A stretch of DNA of 61,500 nt from a virus (lineage: Duplodnaviria; Caudoviricetes), in IMG/VR virus record IMGVR_UViG_3300037484_001144, positions 1 to 61,500 of that record; one strand, given 5' to 3'. Below are positions 27,783-36,872 of the stretch, piece after piece. How positions within the stretch are numbered: the stretch's first letter is position 1; each line of letters begins with the position of its first letter. The notes under the pieces are model-generated. The model searched no databases. It saw only the letters and a program-made list of their open reading frames with translations, and had not been told where the DNA came from. A program made the position numbers and the translations under genes.

Positions 27783-28112
27783 ATGACCAGAGACCTTTTA
27801 GAGAAATTTGTGCCACTGTCTTCCGCAAACGGGGGCGGACATAAGACTTACACCTGCGGTGCCGGTGCAGCGACCGTATATATTCCCGCCCAGGTGCGGG
27901 GTGTTTTAGTTCAGGCCCTGACTCAAAACATCCGCTTCACCCTGGACGGCACCAATCCCACGGCTTCCAAAGGTTTCCGCCTGACAGCCGGGAATGACCC
28001 CATTTACATTGAACTGGATCCAAAGATCTCCCTGAAGGTCGTTGCTGAGACAGCCGGGGCGATCCTTGAGTACGAGTTCTGTGATGTGAATAACAGAGGA
28101 ACGCTGGGATGA
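27783..28112 (+). CDS. Small virion-associated beta protein
   Basis: AAGGAG RBS; IRFTLDGTNPTASKG. Confidence 0.6.
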   Translation: MTRDLLEKFVPLSSANGGGHKTYTCGAGAATVYIPAQVRGVLVQALTQNIRFTLDGTNPTASKGFRLTAGNDPIYIELDPKISLKVVAETAGAILEYEFCDVNNRGTLG

Positions 28113-29155
28113 GAGGGTTTCGCAAACTGGGTGAACCATTATTTGGGGCAGGTCTCACGCGCCGATTCCGATTGGGAAGCAAGCGGGGGGGGCTTGATGG
28201 CGGCATATCCACCTACACCATCTCTGGGATTGTATACGACGCTGACGGCACTACGCCTGTTTCTGGTGCAACTGTCGCACTCGGATTATTGACCGCAACC
28301 AGCGGCGTGGATGGGACATACACAATCAGCAATGTTCCTGCGGGTACGAGTGGGTCGATGACCTGCACGAAAGGCGGGTACAACTGGGTTGCTATTGCGA
28401 TTGCGGCAATGGCGGCTAATTTGACCGCACAGAACTACACAGCCAACAATTACGCAGCTATTTTGAGAAGGGTGTACAGTGCGTCGGAGGTTTGGTCGCT
28501 GGTGGATATTGCCAGCGGGACAGCGATAAAAGCATATGTAAGCGCCGCCCACAACGGGACACTTACAGGATGGTTATTGCAAAACTCGGCTGGACCAGTG
28601 ACAAATACACTCGCTCCGTACTCTGATGGGTCTGGCGATTACGGAAACATCGGGGCATCTAGTGTTATTTTTAACGGCGCAATCGGGGCTGCGTTTGTTT
28701 TGGCAAAGGTTGCCAATGCGGGAGTGTGGACGGACGGAGTAGCTAGATCGTTGTTTGACTACAAGGTTGATGCAAATAACTGGTTGCAAATTTACAAAAG
28801 CTCCAGCAATAATATTATCCAATGTTATGCCGCTCTTGGTGGGGGAGCGAAGATCAGAAATATTACTGTGAGTACGACTGACTGGTTCCTGATAGGTATG
28901 ACGTGGAAGGATAGCGCGAACGGGAACTCGGTTGTCGCTTATCTAAACACTACGCCACAGACTGCGCTAACAACATTCGGAGCATGGAGTGGTGTCCCAA
29001 CAATTTTGACAATTGGATCAATTGACACTACTCCAAATCAGTCTTGGCATGGCTGGCTTGCGTACAAAGCGGTCAAATACGGATCGGTTTGGACTCCAAC
29101 AGATATAACAAATATATATAACGCCCTGGCAGGAGCGGGCCCCGAAAACCCTTAG
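28109..29155 (+). CDS. Carboxypeptidase-regulatory-like plus LamG/ConA-like domain protein
   Basis: TISGIVYDADG..VSGATV...DGTYTI; DWFLIGMTW...YLN...TIG...WTPTDITNIY. Confidence 0.7.
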   Translation: MRGFRKLGEPLFGAGLTRRFRLGSKRGGLDGGISTYTISGIVYDADGTTPVSGATVALGLLTATSGVDGTYTISNVPAGTSGSMTCTKGGYNWVAIAIAAMAANLTAQNYTANNYAAILRRVYSASEVWSLVDIASGTAIKAYVSAAHNGTLTGWLLQNSAGPVTNTLAPYSDGSGDYGNIGASSVIFNGAIGAAFVLAKVANAGVWTDGVARSLFDYKVDANNWLQIYKSSSNNIIQCYAALGGGAKIRNITVSTTDWFLIGMTWKDSANGNSVVAYLNTTPQTALTTFGAWSGVPTILTIGSIDTTPNQSWHGWLAYKAVKYGSVWTPTDITNIYNALAGAGPENP

Positions 29156-29235
29156 TTGGCGGCGGCCCTACGCTTTCGGATATTACGTCCAGTGTTGTAG
29201 CAACGGAGGCGACCCGCTGGTTCGGGCGCGCAACG

Positions 29236-30258
29236 ATGGAAACGTTATCTGACGGCAATACAATCTTGGTCTATGAGGAAAGTGAAGCGCATTATTTGAA
29301 TCTGGACGATGTAGTCCATGTTAGATTTTCGGATGACGGTGGCGCAACATGGTCTGATGAAGATAAATACCTTGACGATACTGCCGTGATTGGTTTTCCT
29401 GCATTTGCCGATGCAGGAGACGCTGACCCATTGGGGCCGGGAGATACCTATATTTTTCAGGCTCCAAACGGTGACATCTGGCTGCACATCTGGAATGCAC
29501 GATACAGCGGTGCGCTGTCTATGACCGGCACATATCATCTTAAATCTTCGGATGGTGGCAAGACATGGACTGCGCCCGCAAAAATTGAGGCTGTTGGACA
29601 AGACGAAGCAGAAAACAACTATATGGGTATGACAGAGCAACATTTTACACTTGGCAGCGTTATCTACATGGCTGGCAGGGTTTATGAGACCCTATATAGT
29701 TCAGTAAAAATGGCTCTTTATAAATCTGAGGACAATGGTGCAACCTGGACGTGGATCAGTGACATGGCAGCCTACGCAGATCACACTCACGAAGCGGCAA
29801 TGGAGTATTTGGGCAATGACGACATCCTTGTGCTCTGTCGAGATTCTGGAAACGCCAAAACGATGCGTATCACGTCAAGCGATCTTGGTGCTACATGGAG
29901 CCCGGTTTACCAGGTGCAAGCCGGTCCACTAAATATCATCGGGAGAAATAGGATGTTCACTGATGCGCACCTGAAAGGTCAAGCGAATTGGTGGACAGAT
30001 AACAAATTGATTATGTGTGGATTTGTTATTCAGACCCCGGGAGTGTCTGCGGGTAGACGTTTGGCGATATGGTTGTCAGAGGATGGCGGGTATGCGTGGA
30101 CAGAGCCTATCTATCTGGACGATGCTGACGACGATGGCGGCTATGGTGATTTGACGTATGACCCCAATACCGATACTTACAGGGTTGTTACCTACAAAGG
30201 AAACCAGGAAGCCGCCGATTTGAAACAATACAACTTCAAGGTGAATTGGACGACATAA
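29236..30258 (+). CDS. BNR/Asp-box sialidase-like beta-propeller (possibly a frameshift extension of the upstream gene)
   Basis: Five Asp-boxes: SDDGGATW, SSDGGKTW, SEDNGATW, SSDLGATW, SEDGGYAW; terminal GGYG. Confidence 0.8.
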   Translation: METLSDGNTILVYEESEAHYLNLDDVVHVRFSDDGGATWSDEDKYLDDTAVIGFPAFADAGDADPLGPGDTYIFQAPNGDIWLHIWNARYSGALSMTGTYHLKSSDGGKTWTAPAKIEAVGQDEAENNYMGMTEQHFTLGSVIYMAGRVYETLYSSVKMALYKSEDNGATWTWISDMAAYADHTHEAAMEYLGNDDILVLCRDSGNAKTMRITSSDLGATWSPVYQVQAGPLNIIGRNRMFTDAHLKGQANWWTDNKLIMCGFVIQTPGVSAGRRLAIWLSEDGGYAWTEPIYLDDADDDGGYGDLTYDPNTDTYRVVTYKGNQEAADLKQYNFKVNWTT

Positions 30259-30288
30259 AATGAACATTTTGTATAAAAGGAAGCAAAT

Positions 30289-30804
30289 ATGAAATCACGC
30301 AGTACATTTCGATCCCATCCAGGGAAGTCACAGAAGGCATTCAAGCCGCCGATCATCACACGCGAACTTCCGCCCAGGATGCTGCAGGCCCCCAAAGGGT
30401 TGCAGATCATGTGCCCGTTTTGCCGTCCTGCCCATCCTATCGTTCCGGGGCAAGCATCGCCTTGCGGGACAGAATTGAAAGTCACAGCCGTGCAGACAGT
30501 CATTCCGGCGCGCACTGCCAACGATCAAGGCTTGCGGTGCATGAAGTGCCACGAGGTTGGCAAGGGTCCTATGGTTCGTTCCGGGGGAGGCTACGTCCAC
30601 CAGGAAGATTGCGTACCGGGGACAACCGTCCTGACCCAGCCTCCGCCTAATTCAAAGACAGCCGAGCGCGTCTACCGCCTGAAGCCAGGCTGGTGGAAAA
30701 AGTTCATGGAGAAACGCTACGGCAAAGCCCGGTGCGTCAAAGAGATCGACGTGGATGGCAATGAGACCGGGAAGATACTGAGTTATTTCTTCCAGAAGGT
30801 ATAG
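30289..30804 (+). CDS. Zn-finger hypothetical protein
   Basis: CPFC and CMKC; AAGGA RBS. Confidence 0.6.
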   Translation: MKSRSTFRSHPGKSQKAFKPPIITRELPPRMLQAPKGLQIMCPFCRPAHPIVPGQASPCGTELKVTAVQTVIPARTANDQGLRCMKCHEVGKGPMVRSGGGYVHQEDCVPGTTVLTQPPPNSKTAERVYRLKPGWWKKFMEKRYGKARCVKEIDVDGNETGKILSYFFQKV

Positions 30805-30810
30805 GCAGTC

Positions 30811-32277
30811 ATGCTCAATATGGAAAAAGAGAACGTCTCGCAATTGACCCCGCAAAGCCAGTTCCCCGAGCAGGCTCTGACGGAAAGTGTCCAGAAGCCG
30901 CCCAAAGAGATCTTGGGCGGCGGCAATCTTATGTTTACCTGGACAATTGCCAGCGCCGCCGATTCTGTCGTACCCTGGGGCAGGAACGTAGTGCGGCGGG
31001 ACCAGCAACTCCGCGACTTCTGGCCCACAGAGAGCTTCCTGGCGGGGACAGTGGCAGAGGTTTCTCTAAGGAACGCCTCCTATGCCTGGGAGATCAAGGC
31101 TAAATCAGAGCGGGTGATCAACGCTCTTACAGATATGTTCCGCGTGGCGATCGCACGGGATACGGTAGGCTGGATTCAGTTCGTCAAGATGATCTCACAG
31201 GACATCTACACCCAGGATAACGGGTGTTTTATCGAGTTGATTCGTGATCCAGGGAACAGTGACCGCTTTCAGAACGAACGCGCGCCCGTGATCGGAATCG
31301 CCCACATGGACTCCAACCAGTGTATGCGCACGGGTGATCCGGAAATTCCGGTTATCTACACCGACCGGGATGGCAGACAACACAAGATGAAGTGGTACCA
31401 GGTCATCGCCATGTCTGACTTCCCATCCACGATCGAGAAAATGAACGGCGTGGGGCACTGTGCGGTGACACGTTCCCTGCGGATGGCGCAGATCATGCGG
31501 AGTATTTCCATCTTCAAGGATGAGAAGATCAGCGGGCGGCAGTATAAGACCATGCACTTTGTTTCAGGCGTATCCAGGCAGGATATCAAGGACGAGATGA
31601 AGCGCGGTCAGGAGGAAGCCAACAATCAGGGAACGATTCGCTTCATGCTCCCCGCCATTCTTGCTTCTCTGGATCCGGAAAAGCCTGTTTCCACTGCCAC
31701 GATCGATCTGGCGAACCTGCCTGATGGGTTTGACTACGACCAGGAAATGCGCTGGTATATCTCGGCGCTCTCCCTGGACTTCAATGTGGATTACCAGCAA
31801 TTGGCCCCACTGGCCAGCGGGAATATCGGTTCCAGTGCCCAGTCTACCATCCTGCACCGGAAATCCAGTGGGAAGTCCCCTGTGCGAGCCTTGTTCGAAG
31901 CCTTCAAGAACTATGGGGTTCTGCCGCGTGATACGGATATCATCCTGCAGGACCGGAACGAAGGCGAGGAACTGGAAAAGCAGGAGCTGCGCACGAAAGC
32001 CCTGGAAGAGGAGGCGATCGCTGTAAACGCCAGGATTGTGACCCCTGAAGCTGCGGCCAAGTCGCTGGTGCGGCGCGGGATCTATTCCCAGGAAGAGATC
32101 GACTTGATTCCCCAGAAGTTCTGGGATGACGCCATGAACCAGGACCCGGCTGGCAAGAATGTGACGCGCGGCGGGAATACCATTGCCGAGGATGCCGCCC
32201 GACAAGAGACCGGCAAGCCCAAACAACGCGTGGGAGACCGTCTCAGGAAGGTATTGGGATGGGAAAAATCGGAGTAA
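30811..32277 (+). CDS. Portal protein
   Basis: 488 aa between TerL and the head genes; DNGCFIELIR motif typical of portals. Confidence 0.7.
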   Translation: MLNMEKENVSQLTPQSQFPEQALTESVQKPPKEILGGGNLMFTWTIASAADSVVPWGRNVVRRDQQLRDFWPTESFLAGTVAEVSLRNASYAWEIKAKSERVINALTDMFRVAIARDTVGWIQFVKMISQDIYTQDNGCFIELIRDPGNSDRFQNERAPVIGIAHMDSNQCMRTGDPEIPVIYTDRDGRQHKMKWYQVIAMSDFPSTIEKMNGVGHCAVTRSLRMAQIMRSISIFKDEKISGRQYKTMHFVSGVSRQDIKDEMKRGQEEANNQGTIRFMLPAILASLDPEKPVSTATIDLANLPDGFDYDQEMRWYISALSLDFNVDYQQLAPLASGNIGSSAQSTILHRKSSGKSPVRALFEAFKNYGVLPRDTDIILQDRNEGEELEKQELRTKALEEEAIAVNARIVTPEAAAKSLVRRGIYSQEEIDLIPQKFWDDAMNQDPAGKNVTRGGNTIAEDAARQETGKPKQRVGDRLRKVLGWEKSE

Positions 32278-32759
32278 AGATACGGGTATTCGTTCCTAAA
32301 GAGGTCATGAACGTTGCGGCAGTCAACCGCGCCATCCAGCATACGATGATCACGAAGACGGGACCTGAGTTGCGCAAGGAATTCGATAAGACGGTGACCA
32401 CCTGGAGCGACCAGCCGAATTTCCAGACCGAGCATTATTTCGGGCAGAATGTCATGTGGGTGAAGGTCCTCACCTACTCCAAGACCTATCGGCTGGTGAA
32501 CGCGGGAGCAAAGCCTCACGAGATCCGACCGCGCCGCGCGAAGATGCTCAGGTTCCAAAACCAGTACCGCGCAAAGTCCCGCCCTAAATTGATCAGGAGT
32601 TTTGCGGGCGGAAAGTCTGGAGATTACATCTCTACGCCTGTTGTCAAGCACCCTGGGTTCGAGGCGCGCAAGTTCGACGAGACCATTGCCGAGGAATACA
32701 CAAAAACTTTCCATGATGATATCCAGGATGCGATCAAGGAAGGCATTATCCATACATAG
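32259..32759 (+). CDS. HK97 gp10-like/head-morphogenesis protein
   Basis: VNAGAKPHEIRP..AKMLRF...VKHPG. Confidence 0.55.
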   Translation: MGKIGVKIRVFVPKEVMNVAAVNRAIQHTMITKTGPELRKEFDKTVTTWSDQPNFQTEHYFGQNVMWVKVLTYSKTYRLVNAGAKPHEIRPRRAKMLRFQNQYRAKSRPKLIRSFAGGKSGDYISTPVVKHPGFEARKFDETIAEEYTKTFHDDIQDAIKEGIIHT

Positions 32760-32832
32760 CCTCTTTTTTTGACCAATAGTGTCATTTGTCATATATTCCA
32801 TGTTATAATTTTCCTGACCTGTGGAGGCTAGG

Positions 32833-34530
32833 ATGGCTGACAAGAAACAGAAAAGGGCAAAAATACGCGCCGCTCGCCTGGCTCAAAGGGATCATGTGAT
32901 GGCGAAGCAAAAGGCGGAGATCGAAGACCTTCAGGAAGAGGAACTTCCTGATGAAGTGATTCCTGAAGAAGAACCTCTTGAGAAGGATATGGGGATGGAT
33001 ATGTATATAGGTCCGACATCCTTTGGAGAACTTGACGAATTGAAAGCCGCGCAGGAACAGGCCGCGCAGGTTCGCCAGGTGACCTGGGATACACAGGATC
33101 TCGTCTGGAATATCCTCAGAAACCCCATGATCGAACCCTCCGAAAAAGCCCAAAAGATTCAGGCAGTGGGCAGCGAATTTGGCGCGCGCGTGTCCAAGGC
33201 GGCCAAGCCCATCAAAAAAGACCTGGACGTTCTTGTTATTGAATCTATCCTGGCAGCCGATAAACGCCACACAGGTGTTTTCGAGCGGGTCGGCGATATG
33301 GTCTCCAAGGCTGTGCTCACATCCATTGCCGAGAATTCTCTGGATGACAGCCAGTTCGCGCTGGTAAAAACCCTGGACGGGAAGAAGATTCGCGAGTACC
33401 TGATCCACGACAAAGCCCACGTCCGCAACGCCCTGGCGCGCGCCGCCCAGATGCTTGAAAAGGGTGGCGAAGTAGCCGCGGCCGCAAAGGCAGCTCTTCC
33501 GAATATTCGTGCAGCCGCCAAGAAGATGGGCATCGAGATGTCGATGGAGAAGGACAAAGACTCCATCATGATCGAGAAGGATGCGAATGGGGACTGGCGA
33601 TGGGTCGGCTGGGTCTCCAATAATTATATTGACTGGGACGGAGATATCCTCTCTAAAGAAGCCCATGAGGAGTATATTGCCTGGCTGGACGCCAATCCTG
33701 ATATGGCACCGGTTTCCACGACATGGCACATGCCCGAACTGGTGCGCAAGAACGTCACTGATTTCTGGGCTTACGAGAAAGGCTTTTTGATCATGAGCGG
33801 CAAGCTCACCGAAGAGGAAGCCGAAGGTCTCCTGAAAGCCAAGATATTGACAGGGCTCGGGATGTCTCACCAGTCACTGGCACTTGCGCGTGACGTGAAT
33901 GATAAGCGCATTGTGACCAAATACCGGATGTATGAAAACTCGGATCTTCCGCTGGAAAATGCAGCCAATCCGTTTACAAATTTTGAAGTCATCTCGAAGG
34001 AGGTTGACATGGATAAGTTGAAATATCTGGCTCAGTACATTGGAGAAGACAAGGCGAAAGCCTTCCTCGAGAAGGCTGGCTTGAAAAAGGAAGCTCTGGA
34101 TGCGGCTGGAATCGAGAGCAAGGAAAAGCAGGAAAAAACTCCTACTGTACCTGCCACTCCTGAATCCCCTGCCACGACAGTCGTGAATGTTGCGGCCCCT
34201 GCAGACGCCTCGGCGATCATCGAGAAACTCAAGAAAGAGCTCGGGATGGAAGAACTCAACGAGATGCTCACCGGACTCGTCGAGACTGCTGAGAAGGTTC
34301 CCTTGCTGGAAGGTTTGCTGAAGGAAGTCCTCAGTAAGCAGGAAGATAAGCTGGCGGAGATCCTGACCCCGCCTGCTGAACGCTACGTCTGGATGCAGAA
34401 GAATCGTGCATCCCAGTCCGATGCGACGGTCCTCAAAAAAGACGACGCAGAAGACAACAAGTTGAAGGAACGGAAGCCGAATGTTGGCTGGCTCTCGGAA
34501 GTCACCAACACAGAACCCGTTCAGGTCTAA
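32833..34530 (+). CDS. Prohead protease/scaffold
   Basis: DKAHVRNALAR domain; DWDGDIL, WH, GMS and ENS...AANP protease-like motifs; helical tail; upstream of the capsid gene. Confidence 0.65.
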   Translation: MADKKQKRAKIRAARLAQRDHVMAKQKAEIEDLQEEELPDEVIPEEEPLEKDMGMDMYIGPTSFGELDELKAAQEQAAQVRQVTWDTQDLVWNILRNPMIEPSEKAQKIQAVGSEFGARVSKAAKPIKKDLDVLVIESILAADKRHTGVFERVGDMVSKAVLTSIAENSLDDSQFALVKTLDGKKIREYLIHDKAHVRNALARAAQMLEKGGEVAAAAKAALPNIRAAAKKMGIEMSMEKDKDSIMIEKDANGDWRWVGWVSNNYIDWDGDILSKEAHEEYIAWLDANPDMAPVSTTWHMPELVRKNVTDFWAYEKGFLIMSGKLTEEEAEGLLKAKILTGLGMSHQSLALARDVNDKRIVTKYRMYENSDLPLENAANPFTNFEVISKEVDMDKLKYLAQYIGEDKAKAFLEKAGLKKEALDAAGIESKEKQEKTPTVPATPESPATTVVNVAAPADASAIIEKLKKELGMEELNEMLTGLVETAEKVPLLEGLLKEVLSKQEDKLAEILTPPAERYVWMQKNRASQSDATVLKKDDAEDNKLKERKPNVGWLSEVTNTEPVQV

Positions 34531-34561
34531 GCGTACTAAGCCCCTATTTGGAGGTGCTATC

Positions 34562-36076
34562 ATGAAACCCAATTTTATCGACGGTACAGTTGACCCCAAC
34601 CAGATCAAACAGGCTCTGATCGAGATCCTGACTGGCGGGGAAAACATCCAGAAGGCCCAAACCGTGGGAAACCCGGTGGGTCCTTATATCCACGGCCCGG
34701 GCGGTTTGTTCGGCATCCGTGGTCTGGAGCGCGATGTCATTTCAACCCATACCCAGTTCACCGGGTCCCTGGGCGAGATGATCCCCATCCAGGGCAGCAT
34801 CGACACATATCCCCTCTTCCCCTACATCACTGGCTATCTGCGCAGTGACCAGGTGGAGAAGAATTTGGTCTGTGACGATCCGCCTGAAGCCAACCATTTC
34901 AAGACTTGTATACAGACGACCCAGTGGGGTCGCAAGGAATTCAAGACCCGCCAGGCAGAGATCAACGCTATCGGGCACCGCATCAACCGCGGTGAATTCC
35001 TGGACCTGCGGCTGGTGAACAGCCCCCTGGTCCCGCAGATGGCAGGGTTGATGGGAAACATCTACGGCAGCGGTCTCAGCCAGCAAAACCAGATCCTGGC
35101 CGGACGCGAGATGGTTGCCCGCCTGGTAGAGGTGGTCGTGGCGTTCCAACGCTGGTTCTGCCCCCGCATCTACACCGGCAACCCTTCCAATAACTCGGCG
35201 GGCGGCGGCTATAAGGAATTCCCAGGCTTGCAACTCCTGATCGGGCGCAACAAGGTGGATGTGGAAACCGGACAGGCTTGCCCATCCCTGTACAGCGACG
35301 TGAAGGACTTTGCGTACAAGAATGTGACTTCGAACGCCGATCCTAATATCGTGCGCGTGATCACGACCATGTACCGCATCCTGACCCGCAAAGCCGAACA
35401 ACAGGGTATGGCGCCCGTGGACCTGCGGATTGTCATGCGCGAACCTCTGTTCTACGAACTCGCCGCGGTCTGGCCCTGCCAGTACAACACGGCCGGGTGC
35501 AATGTCGGCCAATCGACGACCCAGGAAGTGAATATGAGCGAGACCGTCCGCTTCCGGGACGATATGCGCAACAATCGCTATCTCCTGATCGATGGGCGGC
35601 GCGTTCCGGTCATCGTGGACGACTGCATTATGGAAGAGAACCATGACGATAACGCCGCGATCCCGATCGGCGGATTCTCCTCAGACATCTATTTCGTGCC
35701 GTTCTCTGTCCTGGGCGGGAACTACCGGACGCTCTACATGGAATATTACGACTACCGGAACGATGTCCTGCCGGCGGCTGGCGATGCCCATGCTCTGCCG
35801 ACCTTCTTCTGGTCCGACAATGGTGTCGCACTCTGGAGCCTAAAGGCACCTGACAACTGGTGTATCGAGGTAATCTCCAAGATCGAGCCACGCCTGATTC
35901 TGCGCACCCCGCAACTCGCGGGACGCCTGCAGAATGTGGTCTACATTCCGTTGCAGCACACGGATGATCCGCTGCCCAGCCAGGATTACTGGGTGAATGG
36001 TGGCGTAACCACCGGTCGTCCATTCCCAAGCCCCTATTCGGAATGGAACCTGAACGGTCCTGGAGTGAACGCATAG
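34562..36076 (+). CDS. Major capsid protein
   Basis: 504 aa after the protease; GGAGG RBS; strong codon bias; followed by a terminator. Confidence 0.7.
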   Translation: MKPNFIDGTVDPNQIKQALIEILTGGENIQKAQTVGNPVGPYIHGPGGLFGIRGLERDVISTHTQFTGSLGEMIPIQGSIDTYPLFPYITGYLRSDQVEKNLVCDDPPEANHFKTCIQTTQWGRKEFKTRQAEINAIGHRINRGEFLDLRLVNSPLVPQMAGLMGNIYGSGLSQQNQILAGREMVARLVEVVVAFQRWFCPRIYTGNPSNNSAGGGYKEFPGLQLLIGRNKVDVETGQACPSLYSDVKDFAYKNVTSNADPNIVRVITTMYRILTRKAEQQGMAPVDLRIVMREPLFYELAAVWPCQYNTAGCNVGQSTTQEVNMSETVRFRDDMRNNRYLLIDGRRVPVIVDDCIMEENHDDNAAIPIGGFSSDIYFVPFSVLGGNYRTLYMEYYDYRNDVLPAAGDAHALPTFFWSDNGVALWSLKAPDNWCIEVISKIEPRLILRTPQLAGRLQNVVYIPLQHTDDPLPSQDYWVNGGVTTGRPFPSPYSEWNLNGPGVNA

Positions 36077-36091
36077 TTGCGGTAGCATAAC

Positions 36092-36124
36092 AAAGGAGGG
36101 CGGGTACTCCGCCCTCTCTTTTTA
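36092..36124 (+). terminator. Intrinsic terminator after the capsid gene
   Basis: gagggcgg-gtact-ccgccctc followed by tcttttt. Confidence 0.7.
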
Positions 36125-36301
36125 TCTCACCTCTTTTGGGTGTACAATTGAGTTGCAGAGTAACCCGGCTAGGCCAACCTGGAAATGAGTGACGCTTCCC
36201 CACTTCTCTGCAACTCTACTGTGCGCCTGAGGGAGGTGAGTTTTCGAAACTGATAAGTACCTTTTTTCGGGGTACTACGTCTTGTAGGGAAGAGGCGCGT
36301 T

Positions 36302-36739
36302 ATGGCGGGACGCAAACCGGACGATGGGGATGATAACTATTTCTTGAAGGTAATTCTGGTGGGATTGTTTATTGTTCTTATGTTGATCGGGATCTATATT
36401 TTTTGGTGGAAAATTGGGTTGATGCCGTTCGAAACATTGATGTTGGTGCCGTGGCTTTTTCATTCACAGGAGGATACTATGCCAGGCGACGAAGTTGGAC
36501 CCGTAACACTGGGAAGAATGAAGTCCATCAAGTGTAGAATCGAAGAGGTAGGCCGCAAGCTCGGGGTCCCTGAAGATCACCCGGAGCTTGCGGCTATTAT
36601 TGTTCAGTGCGAGATCAAGGAACGGATGAACGACAAACTTGATGAGTTGATTCGAGACCAGAAGAATCAATTTGACTGGAATGACTTTTTGCGAAAATCC
36701 TTTGCATTCATGGCAGGCATATTGAAATCTGGAAAGTAG
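36302..36739 (+). CDS. Membrane hypothetical protein
   Basis: GAGG RBS; N-terminal TM; possible internal start at MPGDE. Confidence 0.45.
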   Translation: MAGRKPDDGDDNYFLKVILVGLFIVLMLIGIYIFWWKIGLMPFETLMLVPWLFHSQEDTMPGDEVGPVTLGRMKSIKCRIEEVGRKLGVPEDHPELAAIIVQCEIKERMNDKLDELIRDQKNQFDWNDFLRKSFAFMAGILKSGK

Positions 36740-36808
36740 CGGAGTATAATAAAGTACAACTTACGCTATTTGTGAGAGGTCACAGGTAGTATAGGCGATT
36801 GAGTGGTC

Positions 36809-36857
36809 AACCGCTTCCCACGTGGACACAAGTCCGCGGGAAGCGGTTTTTTGTTTT
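36809..36857 (+). terminator. Terminator-like hairpin in the leader of the glycosylation operon
   Basis: aaccgcttccc...gggaagcggtt followed by ttttgtttt, ending about 15 bp before ATG 36873. Confidence 0.65.
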
Positions 36858-36872
36858 CATCGGAGGAAGCAT

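Noticed and set aside
32803-36203. Long antisense ORFs (e.g. 32803-33870, 33874-34647, 34742-35644)
   Set aside because: Shadows of strongly codon-biased plus-strand structural genes, with no RBS or motifs
36150-36280. Stem-loops after the capsid terminator as tRNA or tmRNA
   Set aside because: A GAGTTGCAGAG/CTCTGCAACTC stem exists but no cloverleaf, T-loop or CCA; no tRNA was recognised anywhere in the window
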